DNA of 64,000 nucleotides. Source: Kofleriaceae bacterium (GTDB lineage: Bacteria > Myxococcota_A > Polyangia > Haliangiales > Haliangiaceae). A program made the translations under genes and the position numbers. The first letter of the stretch is position 1. Every line of letters starts with the position of its first letter. Positions 30,189 through 38,733 of this stretch are shown piece after piece. The stretch covers positions 192,001-256,000 of the forward strand of contig CBDCCZ010000004.1 of NCBI GenBank assembly GCA_965215005.1, read 5' to 3'. The notes under the pieces are model-generated. The model searched no databases, was not told where the DNA came from, and saw nothing but the letters and a program-made list of their open reading frames with translations.

Positions 30189-32081
30189 TTAGTCGCGGTA
30201 GTAGCAGACTTCGCCGCCGCCTTCGGTTGCTTCGCAAACGCGCTGCATCGGCTGTGCTTCGCCGTGGCCTTCGAGGCGCGGTTGTCGCCATGGACCGGCT
30301 GGCGACCCGGGATTTGAGACGACGCTGGCATCCATGGCGGGGTTGAACGTGCGGTTTTCTTCGACACCCATCTGCTCATTCAGGCGATCGCGAGCGTTGG
30401 GGGCCGAGTGCACTTGGTGCTCGGTGTCGCGGGTGTTGTCGTTGGGCAACGTCGTGCGCGGCACGTCACGGCGCGACAGGCCGGTGCTCACGACGTCTCC
30501 TTCGGAAGGCGCGATCACCACGTTGGCACCTTGCTCTTGGGCTACCTGTACGTTGCACTTTTCGACGTGCGACGCTGCGGGCTGTAAGACCGTGATCTGG
30601 TCACCTTCGCCGAGCTCTTCAGAGACCTGGACCGCTTCCGAGCCTTGACTATGGCCACTAACATTAAAGTCGGCGTCGGGATCCTGGGCGCGCCGGGTTC
30701 GGACGTAATGGTCTAGGAAGCGGCCATCGTCGGTCCTTGGGCAGTGGTCGACGGCGGCGATAGCATTGGCCCCGTTGTTGGCCCAGTCGTTGCGGAAGCC
30801 GGTGGTCGTGCCGCTGGTGTGGCAGTGATAGACGCCGTCCTGCTTGAAGCACATGGTCTTGCCAGTACGAGACACCGCGCGATCGGTCGAGTCTTCGGGA
30901 AAGACGTATTCTTTCTCGTTGGCGCGCGGTCCCCAGATGACGCTCGCCGCGCGGTTGACGGGATGCGCTTGGCCGTCGTACTCGACGGTGCGTCGTACCC
31001 CGCGCGTCGGTTGCTCGTAGGTGCGATTGATACGAGCGGTCGGCGGCCCGTTTGATTCGATGACCGGGACGTTCTCGGTAGAAGCCACCAGCACCGGCTG
31101 CTCTCCACCGGTGTAGCCTAGACCTTCGCTCGGAGCGCTCGCGACCGTGCCATTGCCGCCGGCGCAAGCGACCAAGGTCCCGTCGTCCGCCGATGCCTTG
31201 CGCTGGCGAATGTTGCGCCCTTCACAGGATCTGGCCTCGGCTTGAATGCAGCGGCGAAATTGATTGGTGAGCTGCGCGTTGATGGTCTGCTCATGATGCT
31301 CATTGGCGCCGCCAAAGCAGTAGTCGCGCTTGGAGCGAGCCTTGATGCACTGCTTGAGCTGGGCGAACCGCGCGACATTGTCTGCGCAGCTCGCGTTTTC
31401 ATCGCAGGCGAGCAAGTCGTCGCAGTCGGCGCCACCGACGCCGCGCGGGCCGTGAACCTGCCGTGCGCGCCGCAAAAATTCTTCGGGGGAGCAGCGATTG
31501 GCCGCGGCGAGCTCAGCCGCGAAGTCTGCGCCAATGCCAGCGTTCTCATAGTCTTCTTGCGTGTACGCCAGCGTCTGACCACCACCCAATCCATCGAGAA
31601 CCCAGTCGCGAAATCGCTGCAGCTGATTGCCGGTCGCTTCGGCGGCCGACGAGATGGCTGCGACGAACGTCCCAGTCTCGCAGGTCAAGTTTCCGACGAT
31701 CGCGCCGCCCACCGCGCCAATGGCCGCGCCCCCGGCCGCGGAAACAGTGCAGAACGCGCGGCCGCCGGCATCGAAGGTGCACATCTCGCGGTTAATCTCG
31801 TAGCTCGCTGCGGCGCCGCCGGCGGTTGTAGTCAACATGCAAACGCCGCGGTCGCGCAGGTAGTCGAACAGCCCGGCACACATGGTTGGCGCGGGCACGG
31901 AGCTCTCGATGCTGGCCACCTGCCACTCGGGCACCAGACTCTTAATCGCGTGGCCGGTGACGTGCTTGTGATAGCCGAGATAGGTCGTGCCCACCACCGC
32001 GCCAATGCCGGCTATGACCGCCACGCCAGTGGCGGACACCGTGCCCCGCATACCACCCCATGGTTTTCGTCGTTCGCTCAT
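30189..32081 (-). CDS. Candidate polymorphic toxin: prepilin-like leader, Ntox16-like domain and GHSQG alpha/beta-hydrolase domain
   Basis: MRG|TVSATGVAVIAGIGAVVG leader; aa197-278 CSPEE...C...C...SC...CIKAR...CFGGANEHH...C; aa476-480 GHSQG, GDVV, VHS; last gene of the Tad operon. Confidence 0.6.
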   Translation of the reverse strand: MSERRKPWGGMRGTVSATGVAVIAGIGAVVGTTYLGYHKHVTGHAIKSLVPEWQVASIESSVPAPTMCAGLFDYLRDRGVCMLTTTAGGAAASYEINREMCTFDAGGRAFCTVSAAGGAAIGAVGGAIVGNLTCETGTFVAAISSAAEATGNQLQRFRDWVLDGLGGGQTLAYTQEDYENAGIGADFAAELAAANRCSPEEFLRRARQVHGPRGVGGADCDDLLACDENASCADNVARFAQLKQCIKARSKRDYCFGGANEHHEQTINAQLTNQFRRCIQAEARSCEGRNIRQRKASADDGTLVACAGGNGTVASAPSEGLGYTGGEQPVLVASTENVPVIESNGPPTARINRTYEQPTRGVRRTVEYDGQAHPVNRAASVIWGPRANEKEYVFPEDSTDRAVSRTGKTMCFKQDGVYHCHTSGTTTGFRNDWANNGANAIAAVDHCPRTDDGRFLDHYVRTRRAQDPDADFNVSGHSQGSEAVQVSEELGEGDQITVLQPAASHVEKCNVQVAQEQGANVVIAPSEGDVVSTGLSRRDVPRTTLPNDNTRDTEHQVHSAPNARDRLNEQMGVEENRTFNPAMDASVVSNPGSPAGPWRQPRLEGHGEAQPMQRVCEATEGGGEVCYYRD

Positions 32082-32824
32082 CGGTCATCCTTTCTTGCCT
32101 TAGAGGCACGTGGTGCTTTCTCTGCTTCTAGCTCAGCGCGAATCTCGGCGGCGATGGTGTCGTAGAGCTCGCGGCCAGGGCCTTCGAGCTCGCCGCGCTG
32201 CTCGCCGGCCATGAGCTCACGAACGAGCTCGTCATCGACTTGCTGGTTGATTCGCTCGTCGACCTCGAGGTCTGCGTCACCGTCGAGCTCGTCGTCTTCA
32301 TCGAAGCTTCGAGCGGCGACTGCCCCAGGCAGCGACGGGCGGCTCGGCGTCATGCAGCGGGTGATGTCTTGATAGCGCCGCGCCTCATCGAGGCAGCGCA
32401 TCAGCGCCTCGGGCATGGCTTGGGCGCGAGCGCAGAATCGCTCGCCGAATCCGTCGAGGACGGTTTCAGTGTCGATGGCGGTCATCGCTTTGGCCTGCTC
32501 GAGCGAGGCCGCCAGTGCTGCCCGCTCACGTGCCGGCTGCGCAGCAATCATTCGCTCGAGCTCGCCGATGTCGTCGGTGTCTTCCTCTTGCAGTCGCTTG
32601 GCAAGCGTCTGCAGCCGCGCTCGGCAGCGCGCGTTGCGGTCGTCGATTGCCACTGCCGGGGGTGCGCTGGCCACGCGCGGATCATCGACGGCTCGCAGCG
32701 CAGGCGTTGGTGCCACGGCAGGCCGCGAAGCCGGCGCGCTCGCCGCCGTCGTCTGCGCCGGCTCCGGCGCCTCGCTCCGGCACGCAGACGGCACCAGCAG
32801 AATGCATAGCAGCAGGTGTTTCAT
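32078..32824 (-). CDS. Hypothetical helical lipoprotein (candidate immunity protein)
   Basis: Lipobox-like PSAC; 4-bp overlaps with the upstream CpaF and the downstream toxin-like gene. Confidence 0.6.
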   Translation of the reverse strand: MKHLLLCILLVPSACRSEAPEPAQTTAASAPASRPAVAPTPALRAVDDPRVASAPPAVAIDDRNARCRARLQTLAKRLQEEDTDDIGELERMIAAQPARERAALAASLEQAKAMTAIDTETVLDGFGERFCARAQAMPEALMRCLDEARRYQDITRCMTPSRPSLPGAVAARSFDEDDELDGDADLEVDERINQQVDDELVRELMAGEQRGELEGPGRELYDTIAAEIRAELEAEKAPRASKARKDDR

Positions 32825-33933
32825 CGGCTGAGCTCCTCGGGATGCAGGCGATGCGCTGCTTCGATCACCGCCGGCGGTAAGCGCACGCCGCTGGTGAGCA
32901 GCGCTTCGGTGCAGCTCGGCAGCAGGCCGGTTGGCTCAAAGACACTGCCGTGATCGGTCCAGCGGCGGCGAAACAAGTCGCGAAACCGATAGCCTTTGCC
33001 TTCGTCGTAGCCGCAGACCTCGGAGATTCCGGTCACGCAGCGAAATCCTTCGCTGGTGCGCCCGCTGTGAACCACGACGTCGATCGCCGAGGCGACCTGC
33101 GAGCGGAGTGCGTACAACGGCAGACGGACGTCGCTCATGAGCGCCATGGTCTCGAGCCGATTGACGGTGTCGAGGGTATGGGTGGCGTGCACCGTAGACA
33201 TGCAGCCGCCATGGCCGGAGGTCATCGCTTGGATGAGGTCGAGCGACTCGCCGCCGCGGATCTCGCCCACGACGATGCGATCGGGCCGCAGCCGCAACGT
33301 TGCGCGGAACAAATCGCGGATGGTGACGATGCCGCGCCCACGCTCATCGCCGGGTTGCGCTTCTAAATGCACCACGTGGGTTTGCTGGAGCTGGAGCTCT
33401 CGCGAGTCTTCGATGACCACGATGCGCTCGCTCGGCGCAGCGAACGATGACAGCGCGTTGAGGAGAGACGTTTTTCCCGAGGCGGTTCCGCCGGCGACGA
33501 TGATGTTTTGCTTGGCGAGCACCAACGCGCGCAGTGTTTCCGCGGCATCGCGGGTGAGCGAGCCGAGCTCAATCAGTCGCTCGATGGTGAGCGTGTTGCG
33601 GAAGAACCGGCGAATCGCGATGTTGGGACCATCGGGGGCGGCCGGTGGAATGATGGCTTCGACGCGGGAGCCATCGGGCAGATGCGCCTCGAGGATCGGC
33701 CGCTGCTCATCGAAGTGCCGGCCGACGTATTGCGCCAGATTCCGCAGCGCCGCGAGCAGCTGCTCACGCCCGGCGAAGCGAACGGGAACCCGCTCGATGC
33801 GTCCGGCGCGCTCGACGTAGACCAAGTCGGGGCCATTGATCATCACCTCGGCAACCGTGTCGTCTTCCAAATACGGCCGGATCGGCCCAAAGAAGCCAAG
33901 CAGCGTTTCCTCGAAGATCTCGCGTGGAATCAT
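32821..33933 (-). CDS. cpaF: Second CpaF/TadA-family pilus ATPase (short form)
   Basis: EVMING, LPDGSRV, IAIRRF, GGTASGKT, IEDSREL, LRLRPDRIVVGEIRG, SGHGGCMSTVHA. Confidence 0.92.
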   Translation of the reverse strand: MIPREIFEETLLGFFGPIRPYLEDDTVAEVMINGPDLVYVERAGRIERVPVRFAGREQLLAALRNLAQYVGRHFDEQRPILEAHLPDGSRVEAIIPPAAPDGPNIAIRRFFRNTLTIERLIELGSLTRDAAETLRALVLAKQNIIVAGGTASGKTSLLNALSSFAAPSERIVVIEDSRELQLQQTHVVHLEAQPGDERGRGIVTIRDLFRATLRLRPDRIVVGEIRGGESLDLIQAMTSGHGGCMSTVHATHTLDTVNRLETMALMSDVRLPLYALRSQVASAIDVVVHSGRTSEGFRCVTGISEVCGYDEGKGYRFRDLFRRRWTDHGSVFEPTGLLPSCTEALLTSGVRLPPAVIEAAHRLHPEELSR

Positions 33934-34496
33934 GGTTGCCTCCGCTCGTCGCGTTCATCGGCTCGCTGCCGCGCTAAGTAACGACGCGCTTCCTTGGCGC
34001 GTTCGCCTTCGGGTTCGCGCCGCAAATAGGCGCGGAAGTAGCGTTTGGTGCGCTTGGCATCGCCTTCGCCGTCGCGAGCAGCCAGCGCCAATAGGTAGTA
34101 CGGCGCAGCGACGCTCGGTCGCTCTTGGATCAGGATCGAGAGCTGCTCCTCGGCGCGTCGATATTGCTCCAGAGCCAAATGCAGCGTGGCGATCAAATAG
34201 CGCAATCGCCAGTCGTCTGGCGCGTCGAGAAGGCGGGCCCGAGCGTGGAGCAGCGCTGCCTCATAGCGCTCGGCGTCGAGGCACAGGATGATCAGCTGCT
34301 GGAACGTGTGCTCGGGTCGATAGCCGCCGGCGAGCGCCAGCGCCAGATACTGCTCGCCCCGGACCGAGTCGCCGCGTTGAGCGGCGGTGATGCCGCGCTC
34401 ATAGAACTCGGCGCTGGAGGTTTGAGGCGCCGCAGGCGGGGGCGCATGCGCAGCGCATCCTGCGAGTAGCAGCACGGCGATGGAAATAGCCCTCAT
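33930..34496 (-). CDS. TPR lipoprotein (TadD/pilotin-like)
   Basis: Lipobox LAGC followed by TPR-like helices; inside the Tad operon. Confidence 0.7.
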   Translation of the reverse strand: MRAISIAVLLLAGCAAHAPPPAAPQTSSAEFYERGITAAQRGDSVRGEQYLALALAGGYRPEHTFQQLIILCLDAERYEAALLHARARLLDAPDDWRLRYLIATLHLALEQYRRAEEQLSILIQERPSVAAPYYLLALAARDGEGDAKRTKRYFRAYLRREPEGERAKEARRYLARQRADERDERRQP

Positions 34497-35365
34497 AAGG
34501 TGTTTTGCTCCTTCTTCGCGGCTTCTTCGCGCGTCTGCGCGTAGCGCTCGAGCTGCACCAACCAGCTCTGATAGGAGCCGCCGACATGGGCTACGAACCG
34601 CTGCATTTGGCGCGAGGCACTCATTACTCGCTTCCATTGCTTGGTGTCGCGTAGGTGCTCGAGCTCCATTCGCTGCAGCAGATAGTCATCGGCAATGCGT
34701 GCTTCGAGCTCCTCGCGCGCCATTCCGGTGCGCTTGGCTGCGTCACTGTCGTTGGCGGCTAGATAGCAGCGCTCGGCCGCGTGCAGCATCGAAACCGCGC
34801 CAATGCCATCCTCTACGGAAAATAGATAGCGTTCCGCCTTGGCGCGACCACGCTGTTCGAGATCGCGGCCGCGATCGACCGCATGCTCGGGATCGGGACA
34901 TTGCGCCGGCAGCGATTCGAATAGCGCCGGTGGTGGAGCGTCGGTGCTCGGTACCTCATCTTGCTCATCGCCGAGTAGCATCGCGGCCGAGCCCATCACT
35001 AAGAGCACGGTGAAGAGCAGCTGGCGGTTCTTCTTGTTGCCCTTGCGCGAGCGAGCTTCGGCCGCCGGCGCCTGCTCGCGCAGCCGCAGGCAAATCGAGC
35101 CAACGTCGATCTCGCTGCCCCAAGGAATGAGCTCATTGGCCAAGACGCGACCGATCAAGGTCGGCGCGACCGGCGCATCCCGCGCCGGCGACACCCACAC
35201 CCCCGCCCGTCGCGGTGCCAGCAAGAGGTGCATCGGCGCGATCTCAGGAGCCTCTTTGATGACTACGTCGGCGCTCGGCGAGCTGCCCACGACCACGTGT
35301 GCCCCTTCAGGCTCGTAGCTGCGGGTTTGGCCATTTGCGAGGATGAGCTCGATGAACATCGACAT
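34493..35365 (-). CDS. Degenerate FHA-domain membrane protein
   Basis: VVVGSSPSADVVI...IAPMHLLL...EIDVGSICL (FHA-like), one TM, helical C-terminus. Confidence 0.65.
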   Translation of the reverse strand: MSMFIELILANGQTRSYEPEGAHVVVGSSPSADVVIKEAPEIAPMHLLLAPRRAGVWVSPARDAPVAPTLIGRVLANELIPWGSEIDVGSICLRLREQAPAAEARSRKGNKKNRQLLFTVLLVMGSAAMLLGDEQDEVPSTDAPPPALFESLPAQCPDPEHAVDRGRDLEQRGRAKAERYLFSVEDGIGAVSMLHAAERCYLAANDSDAAKRTGMAREELEARIADDYLLQRMELEHLRDTKQWKRVMSASRQMQRFVAHVGGSYQSWLVQLERYAQTREEAAKKEQNTL

Positions 35366-35373
35366 CTCCGTAG

Positions 35374-36267
35374 CTAGAGCCCCATGCTCTGGGTGCGTAG
35401 AATTAGCGGACCGGCGATGATGACGAAGGTGGCCAGCAGCAGCAGCGTGAGCGGAATGAGCATCTTCATCGCCGCCTTCACCGCCGCCTCTTCGGCGTGC
35501 AAGCTGGCGCGCGCGCGCATCATCTCGGCCTGAATCGCCAACACGTCGCGTAGCGGCGTGCCCTTGTCTTCGGACTGCATCACTGCAGCGGAAAAGTCGC
35601 GGACGGCTTCGAGCGGGACGCGCTCGGCCAAAAGGCGCAGCGCTGCAGCACGGCTGTGGCCGAGCTCCATGCGGCGCAGCATCAGCCCCAGCTCTTCGCG
35701 CATTGGCGCCTCACGAGTCGGCCAGCGTGCGATTACATCGGCGACCGCGGCGGTGAAGGTCATGCCGGCGCTCATCGCCAGCGAGATGATGTCGATGGTG
35801 ATCGGCAAGTCGCGCTTGATCTCGCGCCGACGCGTCGCCGTTGCATCGATGATGAGGTTGTAGGGCATGAAGACGCCGACAATGGCGAACACGGCGATCA
35901 CGAACATCGGCACGCTACCGGTTGCGACCAGTGCCATGCCGAAGGCGGCGCCGAAGAACGCGCCTAACAAGCACGAGGCAAACCACTCGTCTGCAGATAG
36001 ACCTAAGTGATCGCCGGCTTGCACCAGACGCTGCTGCGCGCGGCGACGCATGCCTCCGAGCGGCAGGTGGGCAATCCAGCTGGCGATCTTGCGGATGACC
36101 GGCTCGAGGGTGCGAAACATGCCGCGTTCTTGCATCGCGCGATGCCGCTTATAACCGCGCAGCCCGAGGTCGGGCGCCGGCAGCACCACGGACTGTCCCA
36201 GCGCGAGAGCCGTGAAGGCCAGCGAGCTAGCGACGAGCAGGATTCCAGCGTATGCGAGCGCTTCCAT
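35374..36267 (-). CDS. tadC: TadC-like inner-membrane platform protein (T2SSF)
   Basis: LPITIDIISLAMSAG, ELGHSRAAALR, QSEDKGTPL, KMLIPL. Confidence 0.85.
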   Translation of the reverse strand: MEALAYAGILLVASSLAFTALALGQSVVLPAPDLGLRGYKRHRAMQERGMFRTLEPVIRKIASWIAHLPLGGMRRRAQQRLVQAGDHLGLSADEWFASCLLGAFFGAAFGMALVATGSVPMFVIAVFAIVGVFMPYNLIIDATATRRREIKRDLPITIDIISLAMSAGMTFTAAVADVIARWPTREAPMREELGLMLRRMELGHSRAAALRLLAERVPLEAVRDFSAAVMQSEDKGTPLRDVLAIQAEMMRARASLHAEEAAVKAAMKMLIPLTLLLLATFVIIAGPLILRTQSMGL

Positions 36268-36274
36268 GGGTTCC

Positions 36275-37129
36275 TTAGAAGTCCACGTCGAGAATGTTGC
36301 GCGCCATGATCAGCGACATCACCCAGGCGCAGCCGGCCAGCGCCATGAGACCGTAGCCAACGCTGCCGGACTCGAGCATTGGCTCGAAGTAGGTCGGGTC
36401 CATCTTGTTGAGGAAATAGATCAGCAGCGGCGGTCCCAGCGCCAAGCAGATGAGCTGCATGCGCGCCATGGCCGTTTGCTTGCGCAACACCGCCTGCAGG
36501 CGGAGAATCTCGCGCAGTGACGCAGCCGTCTTCTTGAGCAGAGACGGCAGCTCACCGCCGGTTTCGCGGCCAATCAAAATGATGGTGACCACCGAGCCGA
36601 ATAGATTCGAGCCGATGCGGTTGCCCATCGCCCGCAACGCCTCTTCCATGGGCGCGCCGATGCGCAGCTCTTTCACCAGTCGATCGAGCTCACGGCCGAG
36701 GTGACCGCGGGTGAGGTCGGCGGTGTAGCGGAACGCTTCCGGTAGCGAGCCGGTCACCGCCAGCATGTTGGCCATCATCAACAGCCAGCTGTTTAGCTGC
36801 TCCTCGATGAGCTTGACGCGCCGCTTGCGCTGGAACGCCAGCCACAGGCGTGGGCCGATGATGCCAAGCGGGATGAACACCAGCAGTCGCAGGTCGACGT
36901 AGTAGCCGAGCACCGCACCGCCGACGATGGCCGCCAGCTGCGCCAACGCCATGTCGGTGCCACGGGCATCGAGCGTGAGTGCTTGCGCCGAGTCGTTCAA
37001 GCCGCCGGTGTAGCGTCCCCACAGCCGACCCACGCCGCCGCGCTGGCGGGTCGCCGCGTAGGAGGCGACGCCGAGCCCCGCGGCAAGCACCGCCGCACCC
37101 ACGTACGCCACCAGATCGATCTGGTTCAT
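36275..37129 (-). CDS. tadB: TadB-like inner-membrane platform protein (T2SSF)
   Basis: GSLPEAF, ELRIGAPMEEAL, RETGGEL, ARMQ, PTYFEPM. Confidence 0.85.
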   Translation of the reverse strand: MNQIDLVAYVGAAVLAAGLGVASYAATRQRGGVGRLWGRYTGGLNDSAQALTLDARGTDMALAQLAAIVGGAVLGYYVDLRLLVFIPLGIIGPRLWLAFQRKRRVKLIEEQLNSWLLMMANMLAVTGSLPEAFRYTADLTRGHLGRELDRLVKELRIGAPMEEALRAMGNRIGSNLFGSVVTIILIGRETGGELPSLLKKTAASLREILRLQAVLRKQTAMARMQLICLALGPPLLIYFLNKMDPTYFEPMLESGSVGYGLMALAGCAWVMSLIMARNILDVDF

Positions 37130-38733
37130 AACGCCGGCTCCCCGGGCCGCACGAGGCCCATCGTGTAGAAATCCCCCAGATAGCTCGGCAGGTGACCAGA
37201 AGCGTAGAATTCGCCTTTCACCTCGCCATTGGGACCGGTTGAGGTTCGGCGAAATCCGAAGATCTCCCGCACCTGAATCTCGCCATCGTCATCGAGAGCG
37301 ATGACCTCAGAGACGCCGGTGATGCGTCGCGAGCCATCCGACATCCGCGATTGCTGCACGATCACGTCGATGGAGCCGGCGATTTGCTCGCGGATGGCGC
37401 GCGCCGGAATATCGACCCCGGCCATGAGGGCGAGCGTCTCGATGCGCTTCATCGCCTCGCGCGGGCTGTTGGCGTGGGTGGTGGTGAGCGAGCCATCGTG
37501 GCCGGTGTTCATCGCCTGGAGCATGTCTAGCGCTTCGGCGCCACGACACTCGCCGACGATGATGCGGTCGGGTCGCATACGCATCGCGTTCTTCACCAAA
37601 TCGCGAATGGTGATCTCACCGCGGCCCTCCATGTTGGGCGGTCGACTCTCGAGCGAGACCACGTGCGCCTGGCGGAGTTGGAGCTCAGCGGCATCTTCGA
37701 TGGTGACGATGCGCTCGCGCTCGGGAATCGCGCTCGAAAGGATGTTCAGCAGCGTCGTCTTGCCGCTGCCGGTGCCGCCCGACACCAAGATGTTCTTCTT
37801 TGCGAGCACCGAGCGCGACAGAAAACGCATGATCGCCGGCGTGACGCTGCCAAAGCGAACCAAGTCCTCGGCGGTGAGGGGGGTGTCGCTGAATTTTCGA
37901 ATCGTGACGCAGGCGCCGCGAATCGCGAGCGGTCGAATCACTGCATTGACGCGCGAGCCATCGGGCAGGCGCGCATCGAGCATTGGCGCCGATTCATCGA
38001 TGCGCCGGCCCAGAGGCGCGACGATTCGCTCGATGATGGCCCGGACCGACTCCTCATCGGTGAAGCGACTGCCCGTGAGCTCGATACGACCGCGGCGCTC
38101 GACGTAGATGGTGTGCGGATCGACCACCATGATCTCACTCACCTCGGGCATCGCGAGCAGATCTTCCAGCGGCCCGAGGCCGATCGCTTCGTGGGTGAGC
38201 TCTTCGACCAAGCGCTCGGCATCGGTGCCGACCGGCAGCTGAACGCGGTAGCGAGCAACGATGTGTTTGAGAGCAACTTCGACTTTGGCGCGCAGCAGGT
38301 GGTCGTTCATGCGGCTGCGCTCGAGGCGCACCAAGTCGAGGTGATCGAGGAGCTCGCGGTGGATCGCTCGGCGTGCGGCAACCCCGACATCGCTGTTCTG
38401 CGACGTGGGAGCTCCAGCGACGAGCTGTAAACGGAGTCGAAACGGGCCGATGACGATGGGCGCGGCGGGATCGAGGGCTACGGTGTCGCCAACGATGGCG
38501 CGTGAGCCAACCACAGTGCCTATGCCAGATAGATCGGTGAGCCGCAGCTGCTCGCCGTGGAGCTCGAGGCGCGCGTGAGTGGCAGCAACCTCGGACGAAT
38601 CGAGGCAGAGCTCGCAGCTCGAGTCGCGGCCGATCGTGATTGCCTGCGAAAACGGCCCCACCTCGCGAACCGGAGTCCCTGGTCCGTGTACGAACAGGCG
38701 AATCGCGAGGTTCTTACGCGCCGGAGCGGTCAT
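37126..38733 (-). CDS. cpaF: CpaF/TadA pilus ATPase with N-terminal FHA domain
   Basis: ITIGRDSSC...HARL (FHA); GLGPLEDLL, GRRIDESAPMLDARLPDGSRVN, GGTGSGKTT, RMRPDRIIVGECRG, NTGHDGSLTTTHAN. Confidence 0.95.
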   Translation of the reverse strand: MTAPARKNLAIRLFVHGPGTPVREVGPFSQAITIGRDSSCELCLDSSEVAATHARLELHGEQLRLTDLSGIGTVVGSRAIVGDTVALDPAAPIVIGPFRLRLQLVAGAPTSQNSDVGVAARRAIHRELLDHLDLVRLERSRMNDHLLRAKVEVALKHIVARYRVQLPVGTDAERLVEELTHEAIGLGPLEDLLAMPEVSEIMVVDPHTIYVERRGRIELTGSRFTDEESVRAIIERIVAPLGRRIDESAPMLDARLPDGSRVNAVIRPLAIRGACVTIRKFSDTPLTAEDLVRFGSVTPAIMRFLSRSVLAKKNILVSGGTGSGKTTLLNILSSAIPERERIVTIEDAAELQLRQAHVVSLESRPPNMEGRGEITIRDLVKNAMRMRPDRIIVGECRGAEALDMLQAMNTGHDGSLTTTHANSPREAMKRIETLALMAGVDIPARAIREQIAGSIDVIVQQSRMSDGSRRITGVSEVIALDDDGEIQVREIFGFRRTSTGPNGEVKGEFYASGHLPSYLGDFYTMGLVRPGEPAL

